Assembly: GCA_051439505.1 (NCBI GenBank)
Contig: JBFRWI010000176.1
Span: forward strand, 1 to 30,674
Direction: 5' to 3'
Length of the DNA: 30,674 bases
Source: Hormoscilla sp.
Lineage (GTDB): Bacteria > Cyanobacteriota > Cyanobacteriia > Cyanobacteriales > Desertifilaceae
Shown: piece by piece, positions 1 through 8,597 of the stretch
How the letters are laid out: each line of letters begins with the position of its first letter
Numbering within the stretch: the first letter of the stretch is position 1
Notes under the pieces: model-generated
Database searches by the model: none
What the model saw: only the letters and a program-made list of their open reading frames with translations
Told to the model about the DNA's origin: nothing
Translations under genes and position numbers: made by a program

Positions 1-2508
1 GCAGTAGACGCGATCGGCAAATTAGTATCGGAAGCAGTCACGGGTTCGCCATCGGGAGTTAACAGTAGCGAGGTGTTAGCCCAACTAATGGCACCCACGC
101 AGTCGCAACCTCCAGAACAGCCAGAAACGACTTTACCACAGCAGCAGGTACCTGTTGGTGACAAGAGCAAGATTTTTATAGCAGATGACGAACTGCGAGA
201 GGTATACAAAACTTCGGCATCAGAACATTTGCAGAAAATTGAAGCGGGGCTATTACATCTAGAAAAACATCCCGACGATGCTGAAAGACTAGAAGAAGTC
301 CTGCGATCGGCCCACAGTCTGAAAGGAGACTCCCGGATGCTGGGGGTGAAAGATGTGGAAACCGTCGCCCATCAGATAGAGCATGTTTTAGGTAAACTAA
401 AAGAAGATCAAAATGCTCTACAGGGGGACACGAGCGATCGCCTCTATCGAGCATTAGACGCGCTCTCCAAATTAGTATCGGAAGCAGTCACGGGTGTACC
501 ATCGGGAGTCAACACTCTACTGGTGTTAGCCCAACTGATGGGAGCACAGCCACAAAAAACTACTTTACCACAGCCAGAGGAAACATCATCGACGGAGAAA
601 ACAACTTTACCACCAGAACGGGTGACGACATCAAAGCCGAAAATAGCTTTACCGCCAGAACAGGTTACGACATCGAAGCAGAAAACAACACCACAACAGC
701 AAGGTCCAAAGGTCGCATCGCCAACTCAACATTCCCAACCGGAAAGGGTAATTCAGAACTACCGCATCGAAAGCGTGCGGGTGAGAACCCGGGATCTAGA
801 TGCCTTAATGACTCAAGCAGGGGAACTGACTGTTACCAAAATTAGGATAGGGACGCACCTGGAGCAAATAGAAGAAATTGTGACTCTGTGGGAGGAATGG
901 AGTCGCCAGATAAATGCCAATAGATTTGCCGTTGACGGTGCCGTTGGCGGTGCCGTCAGAGATAATTTTCAGCAAGAGAACGAAGAATATCTGGAAAGTC
1001 TGGGCTCCTTGGCGAACCAATTGAGAAAGAGGGTATCAGAAGATGTGGCCAGACTGGAGGCGATCGCCAGCGAGTTAGACTCGGGAATTCGCACCCTCAG
1101 ACTCTTGCCACTATCAACAATTTTTCATCTATTTACTCGGGTAGTCAGGGACTTATCTCGCCAGCAAGGGAAACAAGTAGAATTAGTAATCGAAGGGGGA
1201 GACACTAAAGCAGACAAGCGCATCCTGGAAGAAATGAAAGATCCATTGATGCACATGATCCGGAATAGTGTCGATCATGGCATCGAGACTCCCGCCGAAA
1301 GACTCAAGCAGGGGAAACCGCCCACAGCCACAATTAGATTAAGGGGTTACCAAACAGGCAACAGTATCATCATAGAAATTGTAGATGACGGGCGGGGTTT
1401 AGACCTAGAAGGGATTAAACAGACAGCCTTAAGGAGGGGTAACTGGTCTCAAGCGGAACTAGATGCTATGACACCCAAGCAAATTCAGTCCCTAATTTTC
1501 GCCTCGGGTTTTTCCACCCGGAAAACTGTCACGGAAATTTCGGGTCGGGGAGTGGGTTTAGACGTAGTGCGCGCCAACATTGAGAAACTCAAAGGTAGCA
1601 TTGAGGTAGAATCAACTCCTGGAAAAGGATGTAGCTTCTGGATCGCTCTAAGCACGAGTCTGGCAACAACACCGGTGCTAATTGTCGGGGTAGACGGCAG
1701 ACCCTACGCCTTGCCAGTAGAATTCGTGGAAACAACCCTCCTGATAGAAGAGTACGAGATCTTTACCATTGAAGGTCGGGACACCTATGCGATCGATGGC
1801 GAACCCGTATCCCTAGTGAAACTAACAGATTTGCTGGAATTAGGAAAAGGATCGTCGGGCAGAGAGAAGGAAGAAGACGAACAAATGTCTTGTATTATCA
1901 TCAAAGTAGGTCAAGAGCGACTGGGACTATTAGTGGACGACCTATTAGACGAACAGGATGCGATCCTCAAACCCCAGAGTAAGTTACTCAAGCGAGTGCG
2001 GAACGTTACGGGCGCTACCATTCTCAGCACGGGGGAAGTTTGCATCATCTTAAATCCCCAAGATTTGCTCTTATCGGTACAGAAGCAAACTGCACCCATC
2101 AGAAAGGCATCCGTCCCAGTAGCAGTAGTAGAAGAGAAGAAAAGCAAACTAGCTATTCTGGTAGCAGACGACTCCATTGCCATTCGCACCCAGGAGAAGC
2201 GCATTCTGGAAGCAGCAGGTTATGAAGTAGTGACAGCAGTGGATGGCTTGGACGCATACAATAAATTGAGAACCCGTGATTTTGACGCCGTGGTATCTGA
2301 CGTGCAAATGCCGAATTTGGATGGTTTATCTCTAGCGGCTCGAATTCGTCAGCATAGGGAGTATAATGAATTGCCAATAGTGCTCGTCACGTCTCTCGCA
2401 TCAGATGAGGATAAACGTCGGGGTGCGGAAGCAGGGGCCAACGCTTACATTCCGAAAGGGACTTTTAGTCAAGAGGAACTGGTCGAGACCTTGAGGAGGT
2501 TGGTTTAG
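1..2508 (+). CDS. cheA: CheA-like hybrid histidine kinase (Hpt, dimerisation, HATPase_c, CheW, REC); 5' end lies upstream of the window
   Basis: Hpt motif RSAHSLKG; N box HMIRNSVDHGIE; G boxes DDGRGL and SGRGVGLDVV; CheW domain; C-terminal receiver (VADDS...SDVQMP...YIPK). The frame is open back to nt 1 (AVDAIGKLVSEAVTG...), which repeats the end of the Hpt domain. Confidence 0.95.
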   Translation, partial: AVDAIGKLVSEAVTGSPSGVNSSEVLAQLMAPTQSQPPEQPETTLPQQQVPVGDKSKIFIADDELREVYKTSASEHLQKIEAGLLHLEKHPDDAERLEEVLRSAHSLKGDSRMLGVKDVETVAHQIEHVLGKLKEDQNALQGDTSDRLYRALDALSKLVSEAVTGVPSGVNTLLVLAQLMGAQPQKTTLPQPEETSSTEKTTLPPERVTTSKPKIALPPEQVTTSKQKTTPQQQGPKVASPTQHSQPERVIQNYRIESVRVRTRDLDALMTQAGELTVTKIRIGTHLEQIEEIVTLWEEWSRQINANRFAVDGAVGGAVRDNFQQENEEYLESLGSLANQLRKRVSEDVARLEAIASELDSGIRTLRLLPLSTIFHLFTRVVRDLSRQQGKQVELVIEGGDTKADKRILEEMKDPLMHMIRNSVDHGIETPAERLKQGKPPTATIRLRGYQTGNSIIIEIVDDGRGLDLEGIKQTALRRGNWSQAELDAMTPKQIQSLIFASGFSTRKTVTEISGRGVGLDVVRANIEKLKGSIEVESTPGKGCSFWIALSTSLATTPVLIVGVDGRPYALPVEFVETTLLIEEYEIFTIEGRDTYAIDGEPVSLVKLTDLLELGKGSSGREKEEDEQMSCIIIKVGQERLGLLVDDLLDEQDAILKPQSKLLKRVRNVTGATILSTGEVCIILNPQDLLLSVQKQTAPIRKASVPVAVVEEKKSKLAILVADDSIAIRTQEKRILEAAGYEVVTAVDGLDAYNKLRTRDFDAVVSDVQMPNLDGLSLAARIRQHREYNELPIVLVTSLASDEDKRRGAEAGANAYIPKGTFSQEELVETLRRLV

Positions 2509-2712
2509 TTGCAACTGGCAAACTGCTTGTCAGAGAAAATGGGTGATGGTCGAAACACCGGTCACAGCACTGATGGCTGATGGCATGGAAAAATGGCTCC
2601 CCAGGACCAATGTGATGAGATCTTGACAAAATTGCTGCAAGAGGTCATAATAGAGAAGATCCCGATTGAGAGAAATTGGGGCAACTGCTCATTTTCTGCA
2701 AAAAGGTAATAG

Positions 2713-2886
2713 GGGTGTGGTCATGCATTTGTTGCTCGCCGGGATCCCCCCCCAAACCCCCCTTCCAAAGGGGGGGCCTCAAAGCCCCCCCTCGTTACCT
2801 GGCTCCCGCCTGGTAACGCGCGGGGGTTTGGGTGGATCCGGCGACTGGGGAATCGATATTTTTATCAACGGGTTTTGACCACACCC
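2713..2886. mobile_element. MITE (174 bp) with 11-bp terminal inverted repeats and a 9-bp target-site duplication
   Basis: GGGTGTGGTCA (2713-2723) and TGACCACACCC (2876-2886); AGGTAATAG on both sides (2704-2712, 2887-2895); no transposase. Confidence 0.8.
2742..2839. repeat. GGATCC-bounded G/C-tract palindromic repeat, interrupted by a REP-like hairpin at 2791-2818
   Basis: Same family as 16535-16612 (GGATCCCCCCAAACCCCCCTT...GGGGGTTTGGG..GGATCC). The internal CTCGTTACCTGGCTCCCGCCTGGTAACG nearly matches 15366-15392. Confidence 0.8.
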
Positions 2887-2928
2887 AGGTAATAGCAGTT
2901 CCAACCATTGGATCGCTTTGTTAATCAA

Positions 2929-2951
2929 AAAACTCCTGTAACAGGAGTTTT
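2929..2951. promoter_or_regulatory. Perfect inverted repeat upstream of the KamA-family gene (operator or terminator)
   Basis: AAAACTCCTGT-A-ACAGGAGTTTT; function inferred from position only. Confidence 0.35.
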
Positions 2952-3079
2952 ACGGATCTAACCCAGGAGATAAGTGAGTTAGGCAATCTAGATAAGAGCT
3001 AGGGAATCTGTCATAGATTATGTACAGAAAATCAATCTGCTAGCTGTCGCAAGAATGTGGTTATTACTTTGTGGAAAAC

Positions 3080-4414
3080 ATGCATATGAACATCGAACCG
3101 AAAAAAATGCGCTACTATGGCGGGAAAGACATAGACTTGCTGCCCCAGTTGTCAAAACTATCAGAGGGCGATCGCCAGGGAATGAAAGCTGTTGCCAAGG
3201 TTCTGCCATTCCGAGTCAATAACTACGTAGTCGAAGAACTAATTGATTGGGAAAATATTCCCGAGGATCCGATTTATAGGCTGACATTCCCCCATCAGGA
3301 AATGCTGCCTGCGGAAGATATCCATCGGATGGTGCAGCTTGAGGAAGAAAATGCTCCCAAAGAATTACAGCGGGAAGCAGCAAACGAAATTCGTCGGCGG
3401 CTAAATCCCCATCCCGCAGGTCAAAAAGAATATAACGTTCCGACCTTGGACAACTCCCCAGTAGAGGGAATCCAACATAAATATAAACAAACGGTTTTGA
3501 TTTTTCCCACGGCGGGACAAACCTGTCATGCTTACTGCACGTTCTGCTTTCGGTGGCCTCAATTTGTCGGACTAGAGGACTTGAAATTTGCTACCCGCGA
3601 ATCAGGACGCTTTCAAGAATACCTACGACAGCATCGGGAAGTCTCCGACGTGTTACTGACAGGGGGAGATCCGATGACCATGAAAACATGGCAACTCTCC
3701 CTGTATATCGAACCGTTGCTGGCTCCCGAATTCGAGCACATCCAAACCATTCGCATTGGCACGAAATCCCTAGCTTACTGGCCCTATCGTTACGTTACAG
3801 ATGCAGATGCTGACGATCTGTTGCGCTTGTGGGAAAAAGTGGTGCAACGGGGCAAGCATTTAGCCATTATGGGTCACTACGAACATTGGAAAGAACTGGA
3901 TACCCCGATCGCCCAAGAGGCCATTCGACGGATTCGATCGACCGGAGCAGAAATTCGCACCCAAGCGCCTATAGTACGCCACATCAACGACAAACCAGAG
4001 AGTTGGGCCAAAATGTGGCGTCTACAGGTGCGTTTGGGTTGCATTCCCTACTACATGTTTGTGGAGCGACAAACGGGAGCCAAAGACTATTTTGAAATTC
4101 CCCTGGTGCGAACTTGGGAAATTCATCGAGAGGCGATGCAACAGGTTTCTGGTTTGGGACGAACGGCGAGGGGACCGGTGATGTCAGCGTTGCCCGGAAA
4201 AGTGGCGATCGACGGGGTAACGGAAGTTGCCGGGGAAAAGGTCTTCGTATTGTCATTTTTGCAAGCTCGCGATCCTGACTGGTGCAAGCGGCCCTTTTTC
4301 GCCCGTTTCGATGGCAATGCGACTTGGTTGAGTGATTTGCAACCCGCCTTTGGCCAAGATAAATTTTTCTACGAGAGCCAGCTTTCCGAACTTTTGACCG
4401 TGAAGTCGTTGTAA
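3080..4414 (+). CDS. KamA-family radical SAM protein (lysine 2,3-aminomutase-like)
   Basis: HKYxxTVL, CxxxCxxC motif (CHAYCTFCFR), LLTGGDP, IRIGTK, IPYYMF, and a putative PLP lysine in ALPGKV. Alternative starts at 3071 (GTG) and 3086. Confidence 0.9.
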   Translation: MHMNIEPKKMRYYGGKDIDLLPQLSKLSEGDRQGMKAVAKVLPFRVNNYVVEELIDWENIPEDPIYRLTFPHQEMLPAEDIHRMVQLEEENAPKELQREAANEIRRRLNPHPAGQKEYNVPTLDNSPVEGIQHKYKQTVLIFPTAGQTCHAYCTFCFRWPQFVGLEDLKFATRESGRFQEYLRQHREVSDVLLTGGDPMTMKTWQLSLYIEPLLAPEFEHIQTIRIGTKSLAYWPYRYVTDADADDLLRLWEKVVQRGKHLAIMGHYEHWKELDTPIAQEAIRRIRSTGAEIRTQAPIVRHINDKPESWAKMWRLQVRLGCIPYYMFVERQTGAKDYFEIPLVRTWEIHREAMQQVSGLGRTARGPVMSALPGKVAIDGVTEVAGEKVFVLSFLQARDPDWCKRPFFARFDGNATWLSDLQPAFGQDKFFYESQLSELLTVKSL

Positions 4415-4420
4415 AGCCTC

Positions 4421-4490
4421 GCCGCCCGATTTTTCCGGAACGGTACCCTAAGGGGCCCGGCTACACGAACAAAGCCCGCCTGCGCGGGCT
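4421..4490. repeat. REP-like double-hairpin repeat, family A (ACCCTAAAGGG..GGCTAC..AAGCCCGCCTGCGCGGGCT)
   Basis: Related to 12234-12285, 12859-12910 and 15963-16018; lies directly after the kamA-like stop codon. Confidence 0.8.
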
Positions 4491-4580
4491 AAGTAGTTGT
4501 GCAAAATTATTTTTATATTTACTCTACGTCAAACCCTTGCTCTGTGGGGATATCATATAAAAATAATTTTGCCTATCTTG
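4491..4580. mobile_element. Small MITE-like element with an 18-bp perfect inverted repeat
   Basis: GCAAAATTATTTTTATAT (4501-4518) and ATATAAAAATAATTTTGC (4555-4572); outer ends degenerate and no clear target-site duplication. Confidence 0.55.
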
Positions 4581-4622
4581 TTGCAGAGGAGCGATCGGAT
4601 CGGGACAGACGGATAAGCAGAA

Positions 4623-5240
4623 TTAAGAGATAGCCTCACAAACCAGGAAACTCGAACCATTAAGCAATAACAAAGGCCAAGCTATATCTAGGGGCATAGT
4701 TAACCCAAAAGCGACAGTAGAAAAGTCCTTCAGCAAGATGCTTGATAGCAGGCGTTTGGAAAGAGGGACTTTTCTGCTATGCTGGAGCAATCGGATTTGG
4801 TGTATAGTTCCGTAAGCAAGAACAAACAGCATGAAAATCAGGAGAATGTCGGCACTGATGCTAATGACAAATGGTAATGGCCTGAGCAGCATGAGCAAAA
4901 AACCTATGGCCAGAGCCATCAGGGTTGAGGCGAAAGTGGCTCTGCTGGCAGTGGATTTGCGATCGAGGTGAATTTCAAATAGTATAGCTACCAGTAGCAG
5001 TAAAGCACCGAGACGTGTCCAAACCAAGTAATGATTAAACTCAACACTGGTTAAACAAAAAAAGAAGATGGCAAAAAAAGCGGCAAAGCTAGTGATAAAT
5101 TGCTGGGATGATAAGCTATGTGTGAAGCCAACAGTAGCAACTTGGCGCTGGGTACGCAGCATTTGAAACTGGTGAAACAAGCCGTACCAGGTAAATAGGA
5201 ACAGGACAGCATTCAGAATGCCAAAAAAGTGAAACTCCAT
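4623..5240 (-). CDS. Multi-pass membrane protein, PQ-loop/SWEET-like two-repeat architecture
   Basis: About 6-7 hydrophobic segments; internal repeat GLFHQFQMLRTQRQ...SLS and GTIHQIRLLQHSRK..LS resembles PQ-loop repeats with H in place of P. Confidence 0.55.
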   Translation of the reverse strand: MEFHFFGILNAVLFLFTWYGLFHQFQMLRTQRQVATVGFTHSLSSQQFITSFAAFFAIFFFCLTSVEFNHYLVWTRLGALLLLVAILFEIHLDRKSTASRATFASTLMALAIGFLLMLLRPLPFVISISADILLIFMLFVLAYGTIHQIRLLQHSRKVPLSKRLLSSILLKDFSTVAFGLTMPLDIAWPLLLLNGSSFLVCEAIS

Positions 5241-5479
5241 AAGCTAAGTGGTCATCAGTGGTTAGTGGTCAGTGGTCGCGGCTCACCATCCAGGGTTTGT
5301 CAGTCCCAGAAGTTCCCCGCTTCAGCTATAATAGGATACATTGCTGTTAAGGGCTGAGCATAACTTGCTGTTCCATCCCAGGGGTACCGGTTGTGAAGAT
5401 GAGTCGCCCGATCGCCGGTCGCCAGAGATCGAGGCAGTTGCAGGTTGAGGCAAATGGTATGATAATAGTCAGGAAACTC

Positions 5480-5668
5480 GGCTCTTCAGTACTTAGTATG
5501 GTATTTGGGCAACCTATTCAGGCGCTCTCGCCTTGCTGCGCAAGGCTTTGAGACGATCGAATGCCAGTAGTGGATAAAAATTAGGTATAGCAAGTCGCCA
5601 AAGCCTTACATAGCAATGGTTTCGGGGATTTTTGAGCCGGGAAATTGCAACCCAAGTACCGAAGAGCC
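5480..5668. mobile_element. ISL3-type MITE (189 bp) with an 8-bp target-site duplication
   Basis: Left end GGCTCTTCAGTACTT, right end AAGTACCGAAGAGCC; GGAAACTC duplicated at 5472-5479 and 5669-5676. GGCTCT ends and an 8-bp duplication are typical of ISL3. Confidence 0.85.
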
Positions 5669-5695
5669 GGAAACTCAAAGAACTAAAAGCCGGTT

Positions 5696-5800
5696 ATGCA
5701 AAAAAAATTAACAGAAGCTGACACGGAAACCTACTACAATACGGTGGAAATAAAATATAAAATTCCCTCCGAATCCAGATGGGAGCAAGCATTGGGTGCG
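5696..5800 (+). pseudogene. Probable 5' remnant of a SAM-dependent methyltransferase
   Basis: MQKKLTEADTETYYNTVEIKYKIP, then after a +1 shift near 5769 NPDGSKHW. This resembles the YY...W...GxxHWG N-terminal motif of sterol/sarcosine-type methyltransferases. Confidence 0.35.
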
Positions 5801-5950
5801 GGAGCAGTTTCCAGAACGAGGCATGGCCTACCAAAAGACTGGGAATGCAGTTGTAGCTGGGGAGATTGGATGGTGGTTTTATCTTTGTAAAAAGATTTAA
5901 GCTAACTACATTTACTGGTAAGATATGCAAATTGATTGGAGGGAGTCCAG

Positions 5951-6690
5951 ATGATTCGACAAGAAGATGTTGTGATTGTTCTGAAGAACGGCGAACCACT
6001 TAAATACGGTCGCTCCGAATATCTCAAATTTCACGAGGAACTTTCGTCAAAGGATCGGGAAATTACCGTGCTATTTCAAGACAAACCCGCGTTTGATGTC
6101 CTGGTTTCCAAAGGGGTTTTTAACCCCTACGGTGGCATGGCGGCTCAAGCGCATTTATGAGCGGGGTTCTCAACGAACAAATTCACGTTCAGGGGAAAAA
6201 GGTCTTGGATCTCGGATGCGGTTGCGGAGTCATAGGTTTGTGCTGCATTCTCAAAGGTAGCACAAAGGTATTGTTCTCGGATCTCCATCCCAATGTGACG
6301 GAGATCGCCAAACATCCCCTGATCCGAGCATCAGATGAGGTGAAAGTACAAGATTTGTGTGCGGGAGAAAAAGACGCATCCTATGATTTAGTATTTATGT
6401 CGTTTCCCAGCCGAGCGATCGATCGACCCATGGATCCGGACTCCTACGAAATAGGAATCTTAAGAAACGACGATCTGGTTTTTCGGGCGATCGACCAGGT
6501 GGGGCGAGTCTTAACGCCTGGGGGCGAATTTGTGTTCTTTTACCGCGTCTTCAACGATCGCTTCCCTCTCTATCTGGAAGTGATGTCTCAATTAGCGAAA
6601 CACTTCGACCTCACCACACTCAAACTGCTTTGGTACGTTGGGGAAGCAACAGGACATGGTCTGTTGCTGTCCGTCGAAAAATATTCCTAA
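5951..6690 (+). pseudogene. Class I SAM methyltransferase (MTS/RsmC/HemK-like), split by a frameshift near 6150
   Basis: Upstream ORF (ATG 5951, RBS GGAGGGAG) ends ...KGVFNPYGGMAAQ. Downstream ORF 6157-6690 has VLDLGCGCG, YDLVF and LTPGG. Removing one GC from CAAGCGCATTT (6146-6156) fuses them as ...AAQAFMSGVL.... The 3' ORF could still be translated by ATGA coupling. Confidence 0.65.
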
Positions 6691-6761
6691 CGATCGAGAC
6701 AAGAGTTGCAATATCAGCTTTTAGAAAGGCTTCCAGATTTCGGAAGCCTTTTTCCCGATCG

Positions 6762-7098
6762 CTATGCTGGCACCGGTACTTTTCCAGCATTCTTTGCTTC
6801 TGTCGGCAACTTTCTGAAGCGTTGAGGTGATTGCAGGTTTTTCGAGTCGCCAACTTGAGCGAAACGGAACTGCCCATCAGACACTTGCTCGTAGGTGAGA
6901 TATTTGGTATCAATGCTAGCTGTCCAGAATCCCGCAAAAATCGCCGGGTCGTCATACCGCAAAAGACCTGAGAAGCGAATCGTTTCCCCTTGTGGCGTTC
7001 CCAAGATCGGAGAAATCACTTCATGAGTAGTTGGAAAAATTATAGATGGATTAACGGCTTTGACCTCGTAATACAAGTTCTTAATATTTGCGCTATAT
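6762..7098 (-). pseudogene. Start-less coding remnant of unknown family, 5'-truncated at the cheB fragment
   Basis: Protein-like frame (IKNLYYEVKAVNPSIIFPTT...FAGFWTASIDTKYL) whose apparent start lies inside the antisense of the duplicated cheB piece. Confidence 0.3.
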
Positions 7099-7099
7099 G

Positions 7100-7211
7100 C
7101 TAAAACGGATTCTGGCTTCATCGCCAGAGATTGAGGTGGTAGGAACGGCGGTAAATGGCTTAGAGGCATTGGAATTGATGACGAAAGTTCATCTCGACGT
7201 AATTTGTACGG
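7100..7211 (+). pseudogene. 112-bp diverged copy of part of the cheB REC domain
   Basis: Aligns without gaps to 7417-7528, with 13 mismatches by manual count. Confidence 0.9.
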
Positions 7212-7299
7212 GACTCGCGCCAGAGGAAGTTGAGGGTGGGGGCCAGAAACTGGGTTTCGCAGGAGTTACCAAATTTCTGGGTTTCGGCTAAGTGCAACT

Positions 7300-8493
7300 A
7301 TGGAAACAAAGCAGTTATACTTACACCATGCAACAGAACAGCCACCAGTTAGAACAATGGGTCAAAAGATTATCAAAGTATTGATCGTTGAGGACTCACC
7401 AATAGTAACGCTCCTCCTGAAACGAATTCTGGCTTCATCGCCGGAGATCGAGGTGGTAGGAACGGCGGTAAACGGCCTAGAGGCATTGGAACTGATGCCA
7501 AAAGTGCAGCCCGACGTGATTTGTACGGACCTGCACATGTCCAAAATGAATGGATTAGAATTGACCCAGACAGTGATGGCGACTACTCCTAAACCTATTC
7601 TAGTAATTAGCGCTTCGGTGCAGAAAGAGAATCACGAAAATGTGTTTAAGCTGCTAGAAGCGGGGGCGGTGGATATTTTCCCGAAACCAGCTGCGGGTTT
7701 GAAGTCGGATTACGAGCGGGCGGCGCGGGAGTTGATCGGTAAGATAAAGATCCTGTCAGGAGTGTCAGTTTTCACTCATCGCCATCGCCAGTCTCAAGTA
7801 AACAGCCAGTCTCAAGTAAACAAGTTGAACCAGAAAACAATCAAGTCTCCTGTACAGAACGATCTGGTTGTGCGAGAAGAAACTAGCTATGACTTGCCTT
7901 CCGCTTTGTTCGGGGACCGCCAAAAATCATATAATATAATAGCGATCGGGGCATCGACAGGAGGTCCCCAAGCATTATATAATATATGCAGCAAATTACC
8001 CCCGAATTTGCCAGTACCTGTAATTTGCGTACAGCACATCAGTGAGGGTTTTTTGCAGGGATTAGTAGATTGGTTAGCAGGTGGCTGTAAGTTGCCAGTC
8101 CGCATTGCCTTAGCGGGAGAGTTCCCCAAACCAGGAACGATTTATTTCTCGCCCGAAAGGTATCATTTATTGTTGAATGATAAAGGGAGATTTGTCTATT
8201 CTCATTCCCCGGCAGAGGGAGGACATCGCCCTTCTGTAACGGTCATGATGAAGTCTGTGGCGCAGTTTTATGGTAAAAAAACTGTGGGGGTTTTGCTGAC
8301 GGGAATGGGTAAAGATGGGGCAGACGGAATGCAGGCGATCGCCCGTGCCGGAGGTTTCACCATTGCCCAGGACGAAGAAACCTGCGTGGTGTTTGGCATG
8401 CCCAAGGAGGCGATCGCCCTGGATGCGGTCCAGAAGATTCTGCCCATAAGCGCGATCGCACCTCGGCTATCCCGCTTAATTCTTAATTCTTAA
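7300..8493 (+). CDS. cheB: Chemotaxis response regulator protein-glutamate methylesterase
   Basis: N-terminal REC (IVEDS, DVICTD); methylesterase motifs GASTGG, VQHI and LTGMGKDG; QDEETCVVFGMP. Alternative start ATG 7357. Confidence 0.95.
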   Translation: METKQLYLHHATEQPPVRTMGQKIIKVLIVEDSPIVTLLLKRILASSPEIEVVGTAVNGLEALELMPKVQPDVICTDLHMSKMNGLELTQTVMATTPKPILVISASVQKENHENVFKLLEAGAVDIFPKPAAGLKSDYERAARELIGKIKILSGVSVFTHRHRQSQVNSQSQVNKLNQKTIKSPVQNDLVVREETSYDLPSALFGDRQKSYNIIAIGASTGGPQALYNICSKLPPNLPVPVICVQHISEGFLQGLVDWLAGGCKLPVRIALAGEFPKPGTIYFSPERYHLLLNDKGRFVYSHSPAEGGHRPSVTVMMKSVAQFYGKKTVGVLLTGMGKDGADGMQAIARAGGFTIAQDEETCVVFGMPKEAIALDAVQKILPISAIAPRLSRLILNS

Positions 8494-8597
8494 TTCTTCC
8501 CCAATAGTAGATAACTCTTTTGCCAAAACCCTTGACAATTACCATTAAACCATCTATCTTAATAATAGCAAGTTCAACAGAACCTGGGGGTGGAAGC

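Noticed and set aside
2666..2878. 70-aa ORF (PPQTPLPKGG...)
   Set aside because: Translation of nested palindromic repeats.
5696..5890. 64-aa ORF with CSCSW as a radical SAM RiPP precursor
   Set aside because: KamA enzymes act on free amino acids and this one has no SPASM or RRE domain; the ORF is better explained as a frameshifted remnant.
7088..7291. 67-aa stand-alone response regulator
   Set aside because: It lacks the acidic pocket, phospho-Asp and Lys; it is the cheB fragment plus repeat-derived sequence.
7788..7823. 18-bp tandem duplication in cheB (QSQVNS/QSQVNK)
   Set aside because: In-frame change in the variable interdomain linker; unlikely to matter.
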